IMG/VR virus record: IMGVR_UViG_3300021373_002523
Coordinates: 87,784 to 151,783 of that record
Direction: 5' to 3' (one strand)
Origin: a virus
DNA: 64,000 nt
The notes below the pieces were generated by a model. That model was not told where the DNA came from and ran no database searches. It was given only the letters and a program-made list of their open reading frames with translations. Below are positions 57,054 through 64,000 of the stretch, piece by piece (positions within the stretch are counted from its first letter, which is position 1; the number at the start of each line of letters is the position of its first letter). A program made the translations under genes and the position numbers.

Positions 57054-58325
57054 TTATCTCCCGTATTTTATTAGGCCTAATAATTGGTTAATTGCAGCAA
57101 AGGTACCAGTTAATTTATAAATCTTACCTTTATATTTAAATACAATACCTTCAGTTGGAAATATTGATTCTATACCACCAATTCTACTTAACCTTGCAAG
57201 TTCAGCTTCAACCTTTTTAATTTGTTCTACCCCACCTGTCTTTTTAATCTTACTTGCTTGAGCTTCTATATCTCTTCTTAACCTTTGGGCTTCTCCTGAT
57301 GGATTAGCTGCTAAAAAGTTAGAAGCATTTTTCATAATAATAGAACCTAACTCTAAAAACAGATCTTCAAAAGGTCTAATGTTTTCTTTATACTTTTTGG
57401 CAACATCTTCTTTATCAAACTTTTTAACTAGTGCAGCCTCTTTAGGTCCAACTTGTTTGGCTAAAGATCTCATATTTAAACTCTTCTTGTCACCATATGC
57501 CCATCTTCTAAGTAAACCTTCTTTTACATCCTGAGATAATTTAGGAAATTCTTTATCTATTAATTCTCTCCACCACATTTCATGATATCTTGAAACTTCA
57601 TCTCCGTCGTTTAAGCCATATCTTTTTTCTAAAGCATTAACTTGATTAATGAATCTTTTCTTGTTTGCAGTAAAATCTAAGTCTCTTTGTAATTGAATTA
57701 CTCTAGGAGGAATAATTTTAAATGTTTTACCAATATCAGATTTTAGTTTTTGAAGTATGTTTGTTATTTCTTTAGCAGGTTTATTATTTGTACCTATGAT
57801 ATTACCTTTTCCATCTGTTTCTTTTATTCCATGAAATTGTATAACATCAGTATCATAATGAATAACATTTGGGTTTAATGAATAGATTAATTCCATATTC
57901 ATAAAATCTTTTCCATTCTTAAAATATTTTTCTTGGTCTGCTGGTGGAAGTTTTCTTAATAGCTTATCTAAATCTTTAGCAGCAAAGATATAAGTATCTT
58001 CTACTAATTTTGATGCATGTCCTGTAAACATACCTATAATTCCATTAAGATCTATAGGATTTGCCATTTGGCCTTTATTTCTGGCAAATTTTACTTTACC
58101 ATCCTGTATAGTTACAAATAAGTTTTGGCCATCAGTCTTTTCCGTAGGATCTTCTTCAAAGCTTAACTGACCTCTAAGACCAGCATCAATCATTGCTTTA
58201 AAATCACCAAAGGTCAAGTCTTTATCATCAAAAGGATGAGCCATGTGGCCGGCTGCACCACCTTCAAAAAGAAATGGCTGGCTTTTGTCGGCCAGCCACT
58301 GTTCAAACAATTTTACGTGTTTCAT
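57054..58325 (-). CDS. Ligase/capping-enzyme superfamily nucleotidyltransferase-like protein
   Basis: GHMAHPFD, PTEKTDGQN (KxDG motif I), FARNK, TEGIVF (motif IV), YKLTG (motif V); leader MKHVKLFEQW. Confidence 0.65.
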   Translation of the reverse strand: MKHVKLFEQWLADKSQPFLFEGGAAGHMAHPFDDKDLTFGDFKAMIDAGLRGQLSFEEDPTEKTDGQNLFVTIQDGKVKFARNKGQMANPIDLNGIIGMFTGHASKLVEDTYIFAAKDLDKLLRKLPPADQEKYFKNGKDFMNMELIYSLNPNVIHYDTDVIQFHGIKETDGKGNIIGTNNKPAKEITNILQKLKSDIGKTFKIIPPRVIQLQRDLDFTANKKRFINQVNALEKRYGLNDGDEVSRYHEMWWRELIDKEFPKLSQDVKEGLLRRWAYGDKKSLNMRSLAKQVGPKEAALVKKFDKEDVAKKYKENIRPFEDLFLELGSIIMKNASNFLAANPSGEAQRLRRDIEAQASKIKKTGGVEQIKKVEAELARLSRIGGIESIFPTEGIVFKYKGKIYKLTGTFAAINQLLGLIKYGR

Positions 58326-58335
58326 GTTTTATTTA

Positions 58336-60045
58336 TTATGATCCCATTGTAGATTGTAAAGCTCCAACCATTGCTCCATAGTCTTCACCATATTTGTCTA
58401 ATAAACCATCAGCAGTTTTAGTTGCTTTTTCTTCATCAAAATCTTCACCGAATGCATCTTTTAGAATTGCCATTGCATATTCTTTAAATTCATCAGCTGA
58501 TTTGATTTCTTTTTCATTAAGCTTGCCAATTTTATTTGCAGCAATCTTTCTAAACTTTTCAGCAATTGAATCATCAGGTAAAACTTCTTCCTCTTCTTTT
58601 ACAACTACAGTTGCATCTTTAGGGTCATTAGCTTCATCAGGAACTACTTCAGTAATTTTTTGATCAGGAGTAATTAGTTCTTTACCTTTACCTTCAACCG
58701 ATTTAGGTTTACCCATATCCATCATATCTCCTGCAATACCTGCAGCAGTTTCTGGTCCGTCACCTTTAATTGCAGGAATTGCAATTCCATCATCTCCAGC
58801 AACTTCATCAGCGATTTCATCACCTTCAACTTTAGTAATTACTTGGCCTACAGTTTCATCTACAGCTTCATCCTTTTCATCTTCTTCTTCATAATCCTCG
58901 CCATCGTGAGTTTTGGATTTATCACCTTTATTTCCACCTAATACAACTCTGTCATATTTTTCATCTACATCATCATCTTCATCTTCATAATCTTCACCAT
59001 CATGTGTTTTAGATTTGTCACCTTTATTTCCACCTAGTACAACTCTGTCATAAGCTTCATTTACAAAAGTGGAAAAAGACATAATAGTAGATTCATTCTT
59101 TTCAGCATCTTCCTCTTCTTCTTTGTCGTATTCAACATCTTTCTTTAAAGCATCAATTTCTTCATCATCAGATTTAACAGCGCCTTTATAGTGATCCTCT
59201 TTTTCTTTGTCATCTTCAGAATCAACTTTCTTATCGCCTTTATCTTCTAGCTCATCACCTTTTCTTTCATCATCAGAACCTCTTTCTTCATCATCGTCAT
59301 CATCATCGTCATCTTCATTAACTTTTGCTTCAGCTAACGGATCAGCAGATGCAGCTACAGGAACGGCGTAATCTTCTGGCTCTTCATCATCATCGTGATA
59401 TTTAATATTCTTATTAATAGTTTCTTCCTTTTCTTTTACAAAATCTTCAAAGGCCATTATTCTACGAGTAGCTTTTGGAGTTTCAACTTCTTCATTTTCA
59501 GCATCGTCGTCTTCAACATCTACACCGCCTTTATCCTCAACTTCCGGTGCTTCAGCTGGAACCTCTTTTGTAATTTCTTGATCTGGTGAAACTTCTTTAC
59601 CTTCTTTATCTTCTAAAGATTTAGTTTTGCCGATGGCTAATACTTCATCTTCGATATCTTCAGCTCTATCCTCTTCTACTTCTTCTTCAGCTTCTACCTC
59701 TTCTTCTTCAGCTACTTCAGAATCAGATGGAATTACTTCCTCTTCACCTTCTTTATCCTCTGTACCTTCTAAAGATTTAGGAGTACCTTTGGCTTTTACT
59801 TCGTCTTCGATATCCTCAGCTCTATCTTCTTCGATTTCATCTTCAGAGATGTCATCTTTTTTAGCAGAACTTTTAGCTAATGATTCGAGTTTAGAAAGAA
59901 GATCTTTTTCTTTCTTTAATTCTTCTATACTGTCAAAACCAATCTTTTTGATCAATTCTTCAACAGCTTCTTGGCTTACTTTTGCAGACTCTGTGATCGG
60001 TTGATCTTTAGCAGAAATTGCAGAAAACTTTTTGATTGACTTCAT
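58336..60045 (-). CDS. Highly acidic, repetitive protein (possible prohead core/scaffold component)
   Basis: Very D/E-rich with internal duplications; internal IMAFEDFVKE and IMSFSTFVNE motifs; late-type box at 60067-60074. Confidence 0.6.
   Translation of the reverse strand: MKSIKKFSAISAKDQPITESAKVSQEAVEELIKKIGFDSIEELKKEKDLLSKLESLAKSSAKKDDISEDEIEEDRAEDIEDEVKAKGTPKSLEGTEDKEGEEEVIPSDSEVAEEEEVEAEEEVEEDRAEDIEDEVLAIGKTKSLEDKEGKEVSPDQEITKEVPAEAPEVEDKGGVDVEDDDAENEEVETPKATRRIMAFEDFVKEKEETINKNIKYHDDDEEPEDYAVPVAASADPLAEAKVNEDDDDDDDDEERGSDDERKGDELEDKGDKKVDSEDDKEKEDHYKGAVKSDDEEIDALKKDVEYDKEEEEDAEKNESTIMSFSTFVNEAYDRVVLGGNKGDKSKTHDGEDYEDEDDDVDEKYDRVVLGGNKGDKSKTHDGEDYEEEDEKDEAVDETVGQVITKVEGDEIADEVAGDDGIAIPAIKGDGPETAAGIAGDMMDMGKPKSVEGKGKELITPDQKITEVVPDEANDPKDATVVVKEEEEVLPDDSIAEKFRKIAANKIGKLNEKEIKSADEFKEYAMAILKDAFGEDFDEEKATKTADGLLDKYGEDYGAMVGALQSTMGS
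58888..59052 (-). repeat. Two 69-bp copies encoding YDRVVLGGNKGDKSKTHDGEDYE
   Basis: Copies at 58888-58956 and 58984-59052; identical peptide with synonymous differences. Confidence 0.85.
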
Positions 60046-60101
60046 TTTAGTTATTTTTATTTTTTTTATATATCCATGTCTTAGTGAAAAGATATTCTAT
60101 A

Positions 60102-61607
60102 TTAGAATCTGATATTCTGAACTTCGAATGGAAACTTTTCTTCTTTATATATTGTTCGCCTGGCAATACCATGACGGTAGATATAATTAACCCAGTCGTG
60201 ATCTTCGGTTTTATATCTAAAATCATCAATAAAATCATAAATTTTTACGACATCTTTTGATGAATGCTTTCTCAATCCTCTACCTATACTTTGTCTAATT
60301 ATAACTTCAGACTTAAAACTTTCAGTAAAGAAAATGTTATGTATATTTTTAATTGAAATACCTGTGGAGAATGTACCATAAGATGCTACAATAATAACAT
60401 CATCATTCTTTTCCATGCGGCTTTTAAATTCTTCTCTTATATCTACATTAACAGAACCATCTACATAGTATACTTTCTTGTCTGTTATATGCCTTAATTT
60501 ATTATATAGTTTTTCACCGTATGCAATCTTATGAAAAAGTACTAAGGAATTTGATGTGGACTTTTTAATTACCTGGCAAACAAAGTCTAACCTCTTTTCA
60601 CTTTGATTTATAAAGTTTTGTTCTAATCCAAATAATCGCTGCCTATCGTGTGGATTTTTAGATAGAAAGGAAAATGATTCTTTTTGTTCATCAGTGGCAT
60701 AATCCATGTGGAGTTGCATTACTTTACAACTGGCTATGTAACCTTCATCTTGTAAATAATTTGCTTTTACTTGAGTAACCAAAGGTCCCATTGCTGACAT
60801 TAAGCTTAGTCTATTTACAGTTCCTCTTTTAGGAATAGTTCCACTTAAACCAAATCTAAAATCACAATGCCAGCATTTATCCATTATTTTTTGAATGGAG
60901 TTAGCTTTTGCTTTATGAGTTTCATCTACAAAGACAGCATCAAATTGTTTAAAATAGTCTTCACCCTTTTTAACTAAAGATTGATATGTACCAATTACTA
61001 AGTTTGAGCTCTTTCTTATTTTTACACCTGCATAAATTTGCTGAGTTTTAAGTGGCACCCCGCATCTATTATATTCATCAAAATCGCCGGTAGCCTGTAA
61101 TACTAAATTTACATTAGGAACAATCATTAATATTTTTTTCTTGCCTAAAACATCCATCAAATATGCAACTACCATAAATGATATTAGAGTTTTACCTGCT
61201 GATGTTGCAAGCTCAGCTAAACATCTTCTATATTTTAAAATTTTAAATGCAGCTTCAATTTGATATTCTCTAGGCTTAAAGTCTGGATGTTTTTCAAAAA
61301 TTTTAGAAACCCATTCTCTAAATTCATCTTCTTTGATTTCAGTATCAAAAATATTGGTAATATTATTTAATGAATATGTAAAATCATAATCTTTACATAT
61401 ATCAATAATTTCTTTCCATAAGCCAGCTGGAATTTTATTTCTTTTTACAAATGATACATTCCCATCCCACACTCTCTTTTTAACTAAAGGGTGAAAGCGC
61501 CAACCTTCAATCTTTTTAGTTAAACTACTTTTTAGTTGTTCATACTCTAATTCTGTACAAGCATCAATAACTAAAAACTTTTTATTTTCCGAGAGGGATA
61601 ATTCCAT
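60102..61607 (-). CDS. uvsW: SF2 DNA helicase UvsW
   Basis: WDG, PREYQ, ATSAGKT, VDETH, GLSGT, ASYGTFSTGISIKNIH, QSIGRGLR, YDFIDD. Confidence 0.95.
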   Translation of the reverse strand: MELSLSENKKFLVIDACTELEYEQLKSSLTKKIEGWRFHPLVKKRVWDGNVSFVKRNKIPAGLWKEIIDICKDYDFTYSLNNITNIFDTEIKEDEFREWVSKIFEKHPDFKPREYQIEAAFKILKYRRCLAELATSAGKTLISFMVVAYLMDVLGKKKILMIVPNVNLVLQATGDFDEYNRCGVPLKTQQIYAGVKIRKSSNLVIGTYQSLVKKGEDYFKQFDAVFVDETHKAKANSIQKIMDKCWHCDFRFGLSGTIPKRGTVNRLSLMSAMGPLVTQVKANYLQDEGYIASCKVMQLHMDYATDEQKESFSFLSKNPHDRQRLFGLEQNFINQSEKRLDFVCQVIKKSTSNSLVLFHKIAYGEKLYNKLRHITDKKVYYVDGSVNVDIREEFKSRMEKNDDVIIVASYGTFSTGISIKNIHNIFFTESFKSEVIIRQSIGRGLRKHSSKDVVKIYDFIDDFRYKTEDHDWVNYIYRHGIARRTIYKEEKFPFEVQNIRF

Positions 61608-62056
61608 TAGTATTCTTTATCGTCTAAGCTGATTCTATTTCTAATTGCAAATGCCAAGTTATCACAGGTCTTTATACATTCTTGATAATAATCCATGTGA
61701 GATTGTAACATTTCCATTTGTGTTCTTAAATGAGATAAGTCTGCCTTTATAAAAGCAACTTTTTCTCCGCTTGTTAATTTAACATCATAATCAATAGAGT
61801 ATTCCCTATACTTAATTTTATAATACCTATCATATGCTGCTTGTCTTTTATGCTTAGTTGTTTTAAAATCAGTAATCTTATCTAATAAAATTTGCCTATA
61901 AGACAGCATAGTTACTTGGCACTCAGATAACTTATTCATATCTTTTAATAAAGAAACTAAATTACTTATCTTTTCTTTCCAATTATCTCTATCATTAGCT
62001 AGTCTTGTTGCTAATTCTTCATTAGCCTCTCCTGTAGCAGTATCATTATATTCCAT
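61607..62056 (-). CDS. uvsY: Recombination mediator UvsY-like
   Basis: 149-aa helical protein, KLTSGEKVAFIKAD...FAIRNRI, adjacent to uvsW. Confidence 0.7.
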   Translation of the reverse strand: MEYNDTATGEANEELATRLANDRDNWKEKISNLVSLLKDMNKLSECQVTMLSYRQILLDKITDFKTTKHKRQAAYDRYYKIKYREYSIDYDVKLTSGEKVAFIKADLSHLRTQMEMLQSHMDYYQECIKTCDNLAFAIRNRISLDDKEY

Positions 62057-62275
62057 TTAAAATATACCTTTATCGTTATTACTCTTTTTAAACCCCTTTA
62101 CTTTAGGTTGAAATTTCTTTTTAGGTTCAGGTAAAGAGAAAGATGTTTTTATTTCTTTTAATTCAGATTTAGTAAATGTAGAAAACAGCTTAAGTTTTTT
62201 ATTACTGTTTTCTAAGTCTTTATAAAAATCATCTATTTCTTCAGTCACAAATGTGTTATAATTTTTTACTCCCAT
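62057..62275 (-). CDS. Hypothetical protein
   Basis: 72-aa ORF coupled to its neighbours; starts MGVKNYNTFVTE. Confidence 0.6.
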   Translation of the reverse strand: MGVKNYNTFVTEEIDDFYKDLENSNKKLKLFSTFTKSELKEIKTSFSLPEPKKKFQPKVKGFKKSNNDKGIF

Positions 62276-63345
62276 TATATAAAAATTATATCTAAGGAGT
62301 TGTTTGTAAAATATTTATCCAAGTCGTTTAAGCACCCAGTTCTATTTTTATACTCCCATTTTACTAGATCATTTAAATCTTTTACCTTTCTTGGTGGAAT
62401 ATTAAAGTCTTTTAAAAACTTATCCCACATAAATACAGTTTGACCAGATTTTAATTTTTCAATCATTCTAGTCTTACCTTCTAAATCATTATCAAAGAAA
62501 TACCTTGCAGTTGGTATTTCATTAAATTCAATTATTTGTTTTTTAACTCCAGTTAAACCTATAGAATTATTCATAAACATTGCATCAATAGGACCTTCAA
62601 AGATAGAGAAGTCTCTTGACATATCAACGGTTAATATTCCAAACAGCATTGATATTTTATTTAAGTTATCTAATTCTTCTTCGGTAACATCCAATGGTAT
62701 TTTTAGCCTATCATATATTCTTTCTATATTCCAGGTCTTATATTTAGGGCCACCGTTATTACCTAAGTCTCTAGTTTGAAAACCTAATATCTTGCCTTCA
62801 GGTGTTAAGTTAAAAACATATAATTCTTTTCTTCTTGGATCAAAACCAAACCTATCAGTCTTATGATGTAATAGTCTACTTTTTAAATATGGGTATGCCT
62901 GATAAGTTAATGTGTTTATAGGATAAACATTAAATCCATTTATCAGCTCATCAAATGATAATGCCAATTCTTTAGCCTTATCAAAAAGATAAAAATCTAG
63001 ATTTTCACCTAGGGAAAAATGTTTACGGTTTTCTTTTATGTAATTGATTACATTAATTCTATCATCACCTTCAAAGTTTTCATTATGATCTTTTAAGAAA
63101 GTATCTAAACTCTCATGAGCAGAACAATTATAACAATGAAAATATAAATCATTCCAATAAATGTTGCCTCTCTTTTTTCGTGGAGTATCATGAGAATCAC
63201 CACAATAAGGGCATGCAAAATTTAGCCTACCTTTACTTTCTAATAATCTTCTTTTCTCTGGATGAGAATGTTGAGTATGAAGAACTCGGACCACCTTCTC
63301 GATGATCCGAGCTTTCATTTCAGAAGATATTATTACTTCTGCCAT
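62275..63345 (-). CDS. gp61: DNA primase (gp61)
   Basis: NFACPYCGDS...RG...FHCYNC zinc ribbon; FEGPIDAMF, FFDND, KDLND TOPRIM motifs. Confidence 0.93.
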   Translation of the reverse strand: MAEVIISSEMKARIIEKVVRVLHTQHSHPEKRRLLESKGRLNFACPYCGDSHDTPRKKRGNIYWNDLYFHCYNCSAHESLDTFLKDHNENFEGDDRINVINYIKENRKHFSLGENLDFYLFDKAKELALSFDELINGFNVYPINTLTYQAYPYLKSRLLHHKTDRFGFDPRRKELYVFNLTPEGKILGFQTRDLGNNGGPKYKTWNIERIYDRLKIPLDVTEEELDNLNKISMLFGILTVDMSRDFSIFEGPIDAMFMNNSIGLTGVKKQIIEFNEIPTARYFFDNDLEGKTRMIEKLKSGQTVFMWDKFLKDFNIPPRKVKDLNDLVKWEYKNRTGCLNDLDKYFTNNSLDIIFI

Positions 63346-63354
63346 ACTCTATAA

Positions 63355-64000
63355 TTAAAGATCTAACCCATTAATAAAATCATCAAAGTCATCAGCCTTT
63401 TCTTCCTTCTTAGTTTCAGTTGGAGCAGCTTGCTTTGTTTCTGTAGTTGCTACAGTTGCAGCAGCCTCAGTTTTTTGAGTGTTTACTGGAGCAGGTTTAG
63501 ATGCTGTAATGTTTGCGATAGAATCACCAGGAGATGTGAATTGAGAAAGTACATTCATTACTTTACCTCTAATTGTATCATCCCATGCCTTGTAACCCCA
63601 TGTTGATAAATCAGGAGCATCTTTTAATAAATCTAAAATTGCTTTACGGCTTTCATCCGTATCAGTAACTTTTTCACCATTAATTTCCATTGCTGATTTA
63701 TTACCGTGGAATTTACTTGAGTCATAGTTAGGATATCCACCTTTCTTTGAAATAACCAATTCAAAATTCTTTCCTTCAAATGGATCAAATACTTGAGTAG
63801 GTTCGTCGAATTGAGGATTCAGTTCTTCATCAATTTTGGTTTTAATTTTATAACCAAATTTCATGACCTTAACTTGTCCTTCAAGATCTCTGTTTTGTGG
63901 ATCCTTAATAATTTGTACCAATGCATAGAATACTTCTCTACGCTTTAAACCTTCTGACATCTTTTTGTCAACAGCAGATTCAGAGTTTCTTAGTTTAAAG
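63355..64000 (-). CDS. gp32: Single-stranded DNA-binding protein (gp32), 5' end outside the window
   Basis: IIKDP..DLEGQVKVMKFG.KI..KI, FDPFEGKNF, NYDSSKF, acidic tail DDFDDF. The frame is open to the window edge (FKLRNSESAVDKKM). Confidence 0.92.
   Translation of the reverse strand, partial: FKLRNSESAVDKKMSEGLKRREVFYALVQIIKDPQNRDLEGQVKVMKFGYKIKTKIDEELNPQFDEPTQVFDPFEGKNFELVISKKGGYPNYDSSKFHGNKSAMEINGEKVTDTDESRKAILDLLKDAPDLSTWGYKAWDDTIRGKVMNVLSQFTSPGDSIANITASKPAPVNTQKTEAAATVATTETKQAAPTETKKEEKADDFDDFINGLDL

Noticed and set aside
60047-60238. 63-aa ORF overlapping the 3' end of uvsW
   Set aside because: Mostly out-of-frame overlap with uvsW, spans the late-type box of the next gene, and has no motif.
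1-64000. tRNA/rRNA genes or a reassigned genetic code
   Set aside because: No cloverleaf-like sequence was seen in the short intergenic gaps; conserved genes are full length under the standard code, with TAA, TAG and TGA all used as stops.

Overview
A 64-kb, AT-rich segment of a large T4-like (Tevenvirinae-related) tailed phage. Every credible gene is on the minus strand. The host is probably a Bacteroidota/Flavobacteriia member (inferred from an Hc1-type histone-like gene, TAnnTTTG-like promoter boxes and A-rich leaders lacking Shine-Dalgarno sites). The T4 core is present: gp21 protease, gp20 portal, gp2, gp4, gp55, gp15-like, gp46/47, probable gp33, gp41, UvsX/Y/W, probable gp45, gp61, gp32, NrdAB and a gp56-like dCTPase/dUTPase. 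Notable features are: (1) a family-B DNA polymerase split into two genes about 14.7 kb apart; (2) a translationally coupled six-gene operon (HAD phosphatase, kinase-like, NTP-transferase, DNA-type glycosyltransferase, epimerase, and a C5-cytosine-MTase-fold enzyme with a remodelled SAM pocket) that looks like a cytosine hypermodification system; (3) a complete PglF/E/D-type amino-sugar pathway with KdsA and a GT2, plus two GT4 domains joined only by a -1 slip at an A9 run; (4) a 4251-aa, almost proline-free collagen-like fibre; (5) three promoter classes that match a host sigma -> phage sigma70 -> gp55 cascade; (6) many proteins carrying a T4 internal-protein-like capsid-targeting motif, including ligase-like, HIGH-NTase and nuclease domains; (7) a NEIL1-like glycosylase and an outer-membrane beta-barrel module. 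All assignments come from motif recognition by eye; no database search was run.
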